64,000 nucleotides of DNA from Thermodesulfobacteriota bacterium (GTDB lineage: Bacteria; Desulfobacterota; Binatia; Bin18): positions 2,816,001 to 2,880,000 of the forward strand of contig OZ219926.1 of NCBI GenBank assembly GCA_964291405.2, in the 5' to 3' direction. The stretch's first letter is position 1. Each line of letters opens with the position of its first letter. Positions 28,958 to 37,782 of this stretch are shown in pieces. The position numbers were made by a program, and so were the translations under genes. The notes under the pieces were generated by a model. The model was not told where the DNA came from, made no database searches, and worked only from the letters and a program-made list of their open reading frames with translations.

Positions 28958-30982
28958 ATGACTGTTACTCAAGAGGGTGCGACAACCCAACCCCTAACTT
29001 TGACCCAAGAACTCATCCTGATGCTCCTCAACGAGGAGACCGGCTACTTCCACCAAGTGCCCGGCTGGGATCTGAACTGCGCCGTGATCGGTGCCGTGCT
29101 CGCGGAGCTTTCCCTCAGACGTCGCATTGACACGGATGAGGAATCCCTGTTCCTTGTGGACGGGACGGAAACGGGCAACCCCGTTCTGGACCCCATCCTG
29201 AAGGAAATTGCAGCTGAACCGGTTCAACGGAACACCCAGTACTGGATCGAACGGCTCGCTCCCCGTGCGGAGTCGATCATTGATGCGGTTCTGGATCGCT
29301 TGGTTGAGCTAAAGGTCCTGGAACACCACGAAGGCGGGTTCTATACGCTGGCTCGCGCTGCCTGGCAGACGGAAGTGTTCGACAGCTCCTCAGAAGGCAC
29401 GGCGATTCAATTCGTCAAGACGCGCATCAGCAATGCAATTTTCAACAATGATATCCCTGACCCGAGAGATATCATCATTATCTGTCTCATCAACACGTGC
29501 GACGTCTTTCGCTTCATGTTTCAACTTGATGACGAGGCAGAGGAGCGCATCGAGTTCATCTGCAAGATGGATTTGATCGGCCGGTCCATCGCTGCTGCGG
29601 TCTCCCACAACCTTGCCGGCCCGCTGCTTCGACATTCCGCCCTGACTAAGAAGATTCCGGCTGTCTCCCTGAGCAAGTTGCTGTTCAATCCCCATATTCG
29701 CAGCGGCAATATTCCCGCGCTCTTTGCGGATCTTACGCAAGAGTACGGCCCGGTATTTGAAATCCGTCCTCCGTTTGCCGAGCCCATGATTTTCCTGGCC
29801 GGGCCACGGACAAACCGCTGGGTACATCGGCACGGGCGGATGTACCTGAGGGCCAAGGACTATTTTGCCGACTTCGAGAAAGTCTACGGTGCGTCTGGCG
29901 TACTCCCTTCCCTGGATGGCGCCGATCATTTCCGGCTTCGCAAGGCGATGGGGCCGGCCTATTCACGCGGGAGACTGGGAGGTCAGTTGGACCAGGTCTA
30001 CCATTATGCTCGTAAATATATGGCGGATTGGACGGTTGGAGACTCCCTCTCTGCAACGCGCCTGTGCCGACGCATGATTAACGCGCAAATCTCACCTCTC
30101 CACCTCAGCGTTGACTCGCAAGATATCATCGACGATCTAGTCGTCTACAAGGAACGAGCGCTCAACACCCACATCCTAAAAGCCCTGCCCAAATTCATGC
30201 TGAAAACCCCAGGGATGAGCCGCCGGGCAAAAATTATCGACACCTTGCTGGAACGGGTCCAGGGGGTCCACACGCCGGCCCAGCGGTCCGGATGTCCGCG
30301 GGACCTTGCGGATGACTGGTTAAGCCTGCACGCGAGCGATCCGCAATTGATGCCGGAGTCGAATCTGCGTTTCGCTCTTTCAGTCGCGCTGGTTGCCAGC
30401 GTCTACCTTGGCGATGCGTTCAGCTTCGCTTTGTACGCCATGGCGTCACAACCGGCGCTCTACTCCAAAATCCAAAGTGAGGCCGATGCCCTGTTCGATA
30501 ACGGTGATCCGGAGGGCGAGGACTTCACCCCAGCCGCAATCGACGTCACGCACCGCTTCCTCATAGAGTGCCTACGCATGTATCCGATTGTCCCGATGTC
30601 TGTACGAACCGTGATGAATTCGTGCGTGGTCGAGGGCTACGAACTACCGGTGGGGTCACAGCTCTACATTGCCCAGACAGCCGCGCATTATATGGACGAC
30701 GTCTTCCCTGACCCCTTCTCTTTCGATATCGACCGCTATCTGCCTCCGCGTAATGAGCACCTCAGTTCCGGGTACGCACCCTACGGGCTGGGTACGCACA
30801 CCTGTCTGGGCTCCCGATGGATGGACCTGCAACTGGCCGTCAATGTGCTTATGGTTGCGCACTACTTTACGCTCAAGGTCCCCACGAACTACAAGTTCCG
30901 GTTCAGCCCGTTGCCGTCAATGAAACCGAGCAAGAAGCTGAAATTCCACATCACCGAACAGAGGCGCGACTTGCCCGTCTGA
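28958..30982 (+). CDS. GPP34-like domain fused to cytochrome P450, paralog 2
   Basis: LTLTQELILMLLNEETG, AVIGAVLAELSLRRRI, TGNPVLD, LDRLVELKVL, PDPRD; P450 with ECLR, FDIDR, YGLGTHTCLG. Confidence 0.82.
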   Translation: MTVTQEGATTQPLTLTQELILMLLNEETGYFHQVPGWDLNCAVIGAVLAELSLRRRIDTDEESLFLVDGTETGNPVLDPILKEIAAEPVQRNTQYWIERLAPRAESIIDAVLDRLVELKVLEHHEGGFYTLARAAWQTEVFDSSSEGTAIQFVKTRISNAIFNNDIPDPRDIIIICLINTCDVFRFMFQLDDEAEERIEFICKMDLIGRSIAAAVSHNLAGPLLRHSALTKKIPAVSLSKLLFNPHIRSGNIPALFADLTQEYGPVFEIRPPFAEPMIFLAGPRTNRWVHRHGRMYLRAKDYFADFEKVYGASGVLPSLDGADHFRLRKAMGPAYSRGRLGGQLDQVYHYARKYMADWTVGDSLSATRLCRRMINAQISPLHLSVDSQDIIDDLVVYKERALNTHILKALPKFMLKTPGMSRRAKIIDTLLERVQGVHTPAQRSGCPRDLADDWLSLHASDPQLMPESNLRFALSVALVASVYLGDAFSFALYAMASQPALYSKIQSEADALFDNGDPEGEDFTPAAIDVTHRFLIECLRMYPIVPMSVRTVMNSCVVEGYELPVGSQLYIAQTAAHYMDDVFPDPFSFDIDRYLPPRNEHLSSGYAPYGLGTHTCLGSRWMDLQLAVNVLMVAHYFTLKVPTNYKFRFSPLPSMKPSKKLKFHITEQRRDLPV

Positions 30983-31004
30983 CAAATCGAACCAGGACGT
31001 TGGG

Positions 31005-32096
31005 ATGACCCTACCCGTTGTCCGATTCGCGGCGATTGAGGGTCTCGTGCTCGAGGCGGCGGCCATGCTGTTGGTGTTTGTCGGCGTTTTGTTTCTGGGT
31101 TCTATACTCCTGCCCGGCCGTCGGGTTGCAGGGCCGGATCTCGAGGGAAAATCACGCACCTACAAGCTCAACGGCCTCGCCTTGTTCCTGATTGTCGTGA
31201 TGGTGGCATGCCTCGCCCAAGTCTCCGGCTGGTTCTCACTTTCCGTGCTGCATACCCACTTTGCCGCTTTGTTCGTGGTGGCAAACGGATTCGCATTTGC
31301 TCTTTCCGGCTGGCTGTATTGCCGTGGAGCCTGGGCCGGAGAGGCATCACCAGGAGTCTGGCGAGGATTTTTCTTTGGCTCGGAGCTCAGTCCGACCTGG
31401 CTCGGGGTGGACTTGAAGCTTTTCAGCTACCGCCCTTCCCTCATCGCCCTGGCACTGTTCAACGCATCGTTTGCCGTCGTGCAGTACGAAACCTACGGCG
31501 GGCTGACCCTGGCCATGGCGCTCTATCAGATCTTCACCTTCTTGTACGTGCTCAACTACTTCCAGTTCGAATACGGGATGACCCACACCTGGGACATGGT
31601 CAGTGAGCGCTTCGGGTGGATGTTGATTTGGGGCGACTATGTGCTGGTGCCGTTCTTCTATAGCCTCGCGGGCTGGTGGCTGGTTCACGCAACGGAACCG
31701 CTGTCTCCCATGGCCGCCGGCGCGCTCGTCTTGTTGTTCGCCTTTGGCTTCTGGCTCTTTCGCGGCGCCAACGAGCAAAAGCACCGCTTCAAGCATGACC
31801 CTGCGGTCACGATTTGGGGACAACCCGCCCGGTCCCTGGACGGGCGCCTGCTGGTCTCCGGATTTTGGGGTATTGGACGACATCTCAACTATACCGGCGA
31901 GGTCTGCGTCTACCTCGCGTTCACCCTGACCACTGGACTCGCCTCCTGGGTGCCATACCTGTTACCCGCGTGGCTGGCGGGTCTGTTGTGGCATCGATCG
32001 AGACGTGATGAGCGCCGCTGTCGCGCCAAGTATGGCGAGCTGTGGGAACGCTACACGCAGCAGGTGCGTTATTCGATGCTGCCGTTTGTTTATTGA
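31005..32096 (+). CDS. Sterol reductase, ERG24/ERG4/DHCR7 family (probably C14 reductase)
   Basis: YKLNG, FFFGSELSP, DLKLF..RP, ERFGWMLIWGD, LLVSGFWG..RH.NY.GE, RDERRCRAKYG..W..Y. Confidence 0.92.
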   Translation: MTLPVVRFAAIEGLVLEAAAMLLVFVGVLFLGSILLPGRRVAGPDLEGKSRTYKLNGLALFLIVVMVACLAQVSGWFSLSVLHTHFAALFVVANGFAFALSGWLYCRGAWAGEASPGVWRGFFFGSELSPTWLGVDLKLFSYRPSLIALALFNASFAVVQYETYGGLTLAMALYQIFTFLYVLNYFQFEYGMTHTWDMVSERFGWMLIWGDYVLVPFFYSLAGWWLVHATEPLSPMAAGALVLLFAFGFWLFRGANEQKHRFKHDPAVTIWGQPARSLDGRLLVSGFWGIGRHLNYTGEVCVYLAFTLTTGLASWVPYLLPAWLAGLLWHRSRRDERRCRAKYGELWERYTQQVRYSMLPFVY

Positions 32097-32104
32097 AGGC
32101 AGGG

Positions 32105-33514
32105 ATGGCACAACAGTCTCACAATCTGGCAACCCGGCGTTCGGTGCAGCTCTCGCCAGCGGCGGCAAAAGCCGTTCCCGAGCTCGCGGGTGGGTGGCCG
32201 TTAATTGGTCATCTGCTGGATTTTCAAAAGGATCCGGTCTCGATGTTGAGCCGCGGTTGGCGCGAGCGGGGCGAACTCGTCCGGTTCCGGCTCGGTCCCC
32301 GCGAGTTTGTTCTCTTCACCGGACCCGAAGCCCACGACGTGTACTTCAGCGCGCCCGAGGATCAGCTGAACGCCAAAGCCGTCTATCAGTTCACGGTCCC
32401 CATCTTCGGCCGCGGCGTGGCGTACGACGCCGCCCCCGAGCTCATGGACGAGCAACTCGGATTCCTGTTTCCGGCGCTTCGCGAAGCCGCGATGCGCCGG
32501 TTTGCCCGCGTCATGTTCGAGGAGACCAGCCAGTTCGCCGACACGCTCGGCGAGGACGGGGAAGTCGATCTGCCGCTCGCGCTGAACGAGCTGACCGTCA
32601 AGATCGCCAGTCGTTGCCTCATTGGAGAGGAAGTTCGGGAGCAGGTGGACGCGGGTTTTGCCGAGGCGTATCACGATCTGCAAAAAGGCATCAACACCCT
32701 GGGATTTTTTCTCCCCAGACTTCCCACCCCAGCGCATCGAAGCCGCGACCGGGCCCGGCGACAAGTGGCCGCGCTCTTTAGCCGGATCATGACGGCCCGC
32801 CGGCTTTCCGGGGCCCGGCCCGACGATTTCATGCAGACACTCATGCACGCCCGTTACAGGGATGGCCGCGTCTTGGACGACGACGAGATTACCGGAATCC
32901 TGTTGACGGTGTTGTTCGCGGGCCAGCACACCAGCGCGGTGCTCGCAACCTGGACCGGTCTGGAGCTCCTGAGGACGCCATCATACCTGACGCGGGTAAG
33001 AGACGAGATACAAGACGTCTACCGCGAGGCAGGAGCCATGAGCCTGGCGAGTCTCAAACGACAAGAGGCGCTGGAACACGCCGTACGTGAGTGCGAGCGG
33101 CTGCACCCGCCATTGATAATGCTGATCCGCAAGGTCCTCAAACCCGTGCGTTACCGAGACTATATCGTGCCGGCCGACACCCTGGCCATGGTGTCGCCGG
33201 CGGTCTCTCACCGGTTGCCCCACGTGTTTGCCAACCCGGAGCGGTTTGCTCCGGACCGCTTTGCTGCCCCCGCTTGCGAGGACAAACAACACCAGTACGC
33301 CTTGATCGGTTTTGGCGGCGGCAAACACCGCTGCATGGGGAAACATTTTGCGTACCTGCAGCTGAAAGCGATCTGGACCGTGCTGCTCGATCGCTTCGAT
33401 TTTCATCTCGACACCGCGTTTCCCGCCCCGAATTACGGGAGCTGGGTGACGGGCCCCGAGACACCCTGCCGGCTCCGCTACCGCCGCCGCTCGCAAGGGA
33501 GCCTTGTCCGATGA
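32105..33514 (+). CDS. cyp51: Sterol 14-alpha-demethylase (CYP51)
   Basis: CYP51 signatures VYQFTVPIFGRGVAYD and FAGQHTS; ECERLHPP; FGGGKHRCMG. Confidence 0.9.
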   Translation: MAQQSHNLATRRSVQLSPAAAKAVPELAGGWPLIGHLLDFQKDPVSMLSRGWRERGELVRFRLGPREFVLFTGPEAHDVYFSAPEDQLNAKAVYQFTVPIFGRGVAYDAAPELMDEQLGFLFPALREAAMRRFARVMFEETSQFADTLGEDGEVDLPLALNELTVKIASRCLIGEEVREQVDAGFAEAYHDLQKGINTLGFFLPRLPTPAHRSRDRARRQVAALFSRIMTARRLSGARPDDFMQTLMHARYRDGRVLDDDEITGILLTVLFAGQHTSAVLATWTGLELLRTPSYLTRVRDEIQDVYREAGAMSLASLKRQEALEHAVRECERLHPPLIMLIRKVLKPVRYRDYIVPADTLAMVSPAVSHRLPHVFANPERFAPDRFAAPACEDKQHQYALIGFGGGKHRCMGKHFAYLQLKAIWTVLLDRFDFHLDTAFPAPNYGSWVTGPETPCRLRYRRRSQGSLVR

Positions 33515-36500
33515 GCGGCACCACGCTTCGGCCCTACGACGTCGCCATCGTCGGTGCGGGTCCGGTCGGTAGCGTGTGCGCGCTCGCTCACGCGCGCAAA
33601 GGTGCCCGGGTGGCTCTGCTCGAAGCAAATCCCAAAGCGTCCAGACGACTGGCGGGCGAATGGCTGCATCCGCCTGCTGTACAGATGTTACGTGATGTTG
33701 GAGTAGAGCTCGATACGCAGCCCCGCAGCGCCGCGGGTAAAGGATTTGTGGTGTTCCCGGAAGACGGCTCAGAGCCGATAGTGCTGCCTTATCCGGACGG
33801 AGTCCAGGGTTTGGTATGCGAGCATGCAGCACTCGTCTCGCGGCTGCGTGAAGCTATCGAAAACGAATCGGGTGTCGACTGTATGCTCCACGCGCGGGTC
33901 CGTGCGGTCGAAGACGGGCGGGTCACTTTTGCCCGGAACGGCGCCGATGAATCCGTGACCGCGGCACGGATTGTCGGTGCCGACGGCCGGGCCTCAATCG
34001 TGCGTCAGTCGCTGGGTTTATCGACACGCCCGATGACCTGCTCGCGGATGGTAGGGGTCATACTAAGGGGGGTGAGTTTACCGCTAGAGGGGTATGGGCA
34101 TGTGCTGTGTGGTGGACCGGGTCCAGTGCTCATATACCGTCTGGGAGAGCATTACGTCCGGGTCATCGTCGATGTCCCAATGGCCGGCTGGACCCCCGGG
34201 GACCGGATTGGCTTCCTGTCGGATGCGTATGCCGGTGTGTTGCCGGAAACAATGAGACCTGCGTTTATCGAAGCGCTGCGGGGGGGACAATTCAGCGTCG
34301 CGGTCAATAATTTGAGCCTGCGCGTCACATACGGGAGTCCACATCGAGTGCTTATTGGCGATGCGGCCGGGCACTACCATCCCCTGACGGCGGTGGGAAT
34401 GACCCTCGGTTTCGGCGATGCGCTTACGCTGGCCGAGGGCGAGAACTTTCACGACTTCACCGCTAAGCGTTTGCAGGCGACCCGCGCTCCGGAGTTCCTC
34501 GCCATGGGGTTCTACGAGGTCTTTGCCGATCATCGGGCCGAGGTGGTGGCGATCAGACACGCGGTCTACCGGCGTTGGCGGGCAAAATCCACGGTTCGCG
34601 ACCGGACCATGCGTTTACTCGCCTGTGAAGACACCTCGGCGGCCCATCTGGGTCGCGAGTTTGGCGTGACGATGGCCCGGGCGGTTGCCGGGGAGATGCC
34701 GCGATCCTCCGACCAGCTCGCTTGGCGCCGAGCCCGCGACATCGTTTATGCGACCGCTGTGCGCCTCTGGTGGCTCCTGCGTGGCCTTCGGCAGTTACAC
34801 AAGGCGAGAAGCGCGGGCGGAGAAAAAGACGGGCGATTTCGGGACACCTTGGCCCTCGCGTTTCCGGTCTCTATGCCATCGAGAGTGAGTGACCCCCAGC
34901 CCAGCCGCCCGAGGGAGGTTGCGTCACCCGAGGCCGGTCCGGCCTTGCGGCGGGCGAGCGCGCGCTTGTTACATCTCCAGGATGAGGAGGGCGGCTGGGA
35001 AGGTGAGATGGTTTGGTGTCCCATGCTGACCGCGCAATATGTGCTGTTGCACCACATTCTGGAGCGGCCGCTCGAGCCCGGCCGGCGTCGGCGTGTGCTG
35101 CGCTCCTTCGAACGGACCCGTCTCGAAGGGGGCTTATGGGGTTTACACGAGCACGCACCACCCTCCCTGTTTGTCACCACCCTGGTGTACGTCGCGACGA
35201 GATTACTCGGTATCGAGCGGGATGATCCGTTCATCGAGCCGGCCCGGCGATTCCTGCAAGCAGAGGGGGTTCTCGGTATCCCGAGCTGGGGAAAGTTCTG
35301 GCTGGCGCTCCTCAACCTCTACGACTGGCGCGGGGTAAACGCCATCCTACCGGAGCTGTGGAGCTTACCGCGCTGGATCGCGTTACATCCCTCGAACTGG
35401 TACTGCCATACTCGGCTCATCTACATGGCGATGGCGGCGATTTATCCGCATCGGTTCCAGGCCCCCGTCCCGCCCTCGATCGCGTCGCTGCGAGAGGAGC
35501 TATTCCCCCAGGGCTTTGCCAACGTCGATTTTTCCGCCGGCCGCAATCGCTTGCGAGATGCCGACCTCTACGCGCGACCCAGTGTGTGGCTCCGAGCCGG
35601 ATATGAGTGTGCGCGGTTAGTCGAACGGTTCCACGCCAAACGTCTGCGCACCCGATGTATGGAAGCGATCATCCGGCACATCAAATGGGAGTTGCAAACC
35701 ACCAACCATACGAGCATCTCTCCGGTCAGCGGTCTTCTCAACATCCTGGCCTTGTGGCTGCGCGATCCTCACGACACCGATGCCGCCCAGGCGCTCGCGA
35801 AGCTGGATGACTGGATCTGGGAAGACGAGGAGGGTGGAGCGCGCGTTACCGGAGCGAGAAGTACCTCGTGGGATACCGGATTCTCTCTGCAAGCGCTGGC
35901 GACAGTGCCCGAGCTTGACGGGGTTCAAAGCGCCCTCCAACGCGGCGCCGACTTCCTGCGCCGGCAACAAATCGGCACCAGTTTCGCAGGATTCCGCGAG
36001 GCATATCGGATCGACCCCAAAGGCGGCTGGTGTTTTGCCGGGGGATGGCATGGCTGGCCGGTGACGGACTGTACCGCGGAAGCGGTGCTCGGGCTTATCG
36101 CCGCCGACCGCGAGGCCACGAGCCCGGCAGCGCTCGGCGAAGCGATTCGGTTCATGTTGCGTGGTCAGAACCGCGATGGCGGTTTTGGCAGCTATGAGGC
36201 ACAGCGCTCCGTGGTTGGCCTCGAGTGGCTGAATCCGGCCGAGATGTTTGGCGACTCGATGACCGAGCATTCCTATGTCGAGTGCACCGCGTCCTGCCTC
36301 GCGGCGCTCGCCGCCTGTCAGGAGCACTTCCCGCAAATCACGAATGGGGCGGTGAGGCGCGCCATCGCACGGGCTGACACTTGGCTGCGCCGGACCCAGG
36401 CGAGCGATGGGTCGTGGCGCGGCGTGTGGGGCGTGCAGTTCATCTATGGCACTTTCTTCGGGGTCAGGGGGCTGCTTGCTGCCGGGGCTCGTCCCGGCGA

Positions 36501-36912
36501 CCCGGCGCTACGTCTGGCCTGCCGGTGGCTGCTGGACCGCCAGCATGAAGACGGGGGATGGGGTGAGCATCACAGCGGTTGCCTGACCGGCCGCTATGTC
36601 GCACATGAGGAAAGTCAGGTCATCCAAACCGCGTGGGCAATGATCGCGCTCCTCGAGGCAGACGATGCGGACTGGACCGCGATTGCGCGGGGTGCCCGGT
36701 TCTTGCTCAGCACCCAGGAGGCGGATGGGACATGGCCCAAGCAAGACATGGCCGGGGTCTTTTTTCGTACGGCGCTACTGGACTATGTCCTATATCGACA
36801 GTATTTTCCCCTGCACGCGCTCAGTCTCTACGAGCAGCGACGCCAAGCCCGGCTGGATCCGACGTCCCCCGTTCCACTTACCGCCGACGCGACTGGCTGG
36901 AGATGTTCTTAA
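33511..36912 (+). CDS. Squalene epoxidase (monooxygenase)-oxidosqualene cyclase fusion
   Basis: N-terminal GAGPVG, RLAGEWLHP, GADG, IGDAAGHYHPLTAVGMT; C-terminal QW repeats, SWGKFWL, WYCHTR, catalytic VTDCTAE, YVECT; ATGA overlap with cyp51. Confidence 0.88.
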   Translation: MSGTTLRPYDVAIVGAGPVGSVCALAHARKGARVALLEANPKASRRLAGEWLHPPAVQMLRDVGVELDTQPRSAAGKGFVVFPEDGSEPIVLPYPDGVQGLVCEHAALVSRLREAIENESGVDCMLHARVRAVEDGRVTFARNGADESVTAARIVGADGRASIVRQSLGLSTRPMTCSRMVGVILRGVSLPLEGYGHVLCGGPGPVLIYRLGEHYVRVIVDVPMAGWTPGDRIGFLSDAYAGVLPETMRPAFIEALRGGQFSVAVNNLSLRVTYGSPHRVLIGDAAGHYHPLTAVGMTLGFGDALTLAEGENFHDFTAKRLQATRAPEFLAMGFYEVFADHRAEVVAIRHAVYRRWRAKSTVRDRTMRLLACEDTSAAHLGREFGVTMARAVAGEMPRSSDQLAWRRARDIVYATAVRLWWLLRGLRQLHKARSAGGEKDGRFRDTLALAFPVSMPSRVSDPQPSRPREVASPEAGPALRRASARLLHLQDEEGGWEGEMVWCPMLTAQYVLLHHILERPLEPGRRRRVLRSFERTRLEGGLWGLHEHAPPSLFVTTLVYVATRLLGIERDDPFIEPARRFLQAEGVLGIPSWGKFWLALLNLYDWRGVNAILPELWSLPRWIALHPSNWYCHTRLIYMAMAAIYPHRFQAPVPPSIASLREELFPQGFANVDFSAGRNRLRDADLYARPSVWLRAGYECARLVERFHAKRLRTRCMEAIIRHIKWELQTTNHTSISPVSGLLNILALWLRDPHDTDAAQALAKLDDWIWEDEEGGARVTGARSTSWDTGFSLQALATVPELDGVQSALQRGADFLRRQQIGTSFAGFREAYRIDPKGGWCFAGGWHGWPVTDCTAEAVLGLIAADREATSPAALGEAIRFMLRGQNRDGGFGSYEAQRSVVGLEWLNPAEMFGDSMTEHSYVECTASCLAALAACQEHFPQITNGAVRRAIARADTWLRRTQASDGSWRGVWGVQFIYGTFFGVRGLLAAGARPGDPALRLACRWLLDRQHEDGGWGEHHSGCLTGRYVAHEESQVIQTAWAMIALLEADDADWTAIARGARFLLSTQEADGTWPKQDMAGVFFRTALLDYVLYRQYFPLHALSLYEQRRQARLDPTSPVPLTADATGWRCS

Positions 36913-37643
36913 TGGAATTTGAATCCGATGCGGCGCACGACAGCACAGGAGGCAAATTGGAATCGACCATGCGGGTAGCGGTATTGACTGGATTGGTGAT
37001 TGCCGTAACCACGGCAGCCTCTATCGGCTTCGGCTATGCCGTGCACGGCAATCTGAACGCTTACTACGGCCTGCTGAGCCTGTTTTTCTGCATCAACCTG
37101 CCGATCTGCTACTGGGAGATCTGCCTGTTCCTGCGACGCGACGCCGTCGAGCGACGTGCGGACTACTGGCGCGCCAGACGAAGAAAGACTGGTCGAACGC
37201 CGGCCGTTGAGTTTCTGTTGAGTGAGATTCCGCTGAGCAAGGCATTGTCCCCGATCGTCTGGGCGGACGTGTGGGCCACCTATAGCATGTACGACGGATC
37301 CTATGCCGACCGACGCACGTTCGGCTTCAACGCAGATATCGCCAACGGCTTTTTCACGCCAATCCCGGCCCTGGTTCTGCACGCGACCTTTGCGGTCGGT
37401 TTTTTGCCTGCCCTACTGGCGGGCATCCTGGGTGTGATGCTGTTTTGGCAGTGGACCTACGTCACGTCGGTTTACTTGGTGAGCTTTTTCGTAGCCAGGC
37501 GGCATAAGCAAATCGCGCGGGGCGATCTGTGGCTCTACATCTGGAGTACGAACTCGCCGTGGGTGCTCTTCGCGCTTCTGGGGCTCTATGTTTCCGTTCG
37601 ACTGATTGTCGATGGCGATTACGAGGTTCTGGGCCACCGGTAA
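36912..37643 (+). CDS. Membrane protein, EBP/EXPERA-like (candidate sterol delta8-delta7 isomerase)
   Basis: About 5 TM helices; WADVWATYSMYDGSY resembles EBP W..Y...D.RY; C-terminal N.PW; TAATG-coupled to the cyclase; alternative ATG at 36969. Confidence 0.55.
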   Translation: MEFESDAAHDSTGGKLESTMRVAVLTGLVIAVTTAASIGFGYAVHGNLNAYYGLLSLFFCINLPICYWEICLFLRRDAVERRADYWRARRRKTGRTPAVEFLLSEIPLSKALSPIVWADVWATYSMYDGSYADRRTFGFNADIANGFFTPIPALVLHATFAVGFLPALLAGILGVMLFWQWTYVTSVYLVSFFVARRHKQIARGDLWLYIWSTNSPWVLFALLGLYVSVRLIVDGDYEVLGHR

Positions 37644-37782
37644 CGTCCCGTTAGGCCACGCTCATTGCCTTCCTGCTCCCGACCCCGCGCGTGCGGCCCG
37701 AAAAAGCCGCAGTCCTCGGCGGATGCTTACGATGGGAATGGGCGACCTCGTGGAGGAACTCGGGGTCGAAAACCTACTTCGT

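Noticed and set aside
34940-36912. Squalene-hopene cyclase (hopanoid pathway)
   Set aside because: The catalytic motif is DCTAE (oxidosqualene cyclase), not DXDD, and the neighbours are SE, CYP51 and SMT
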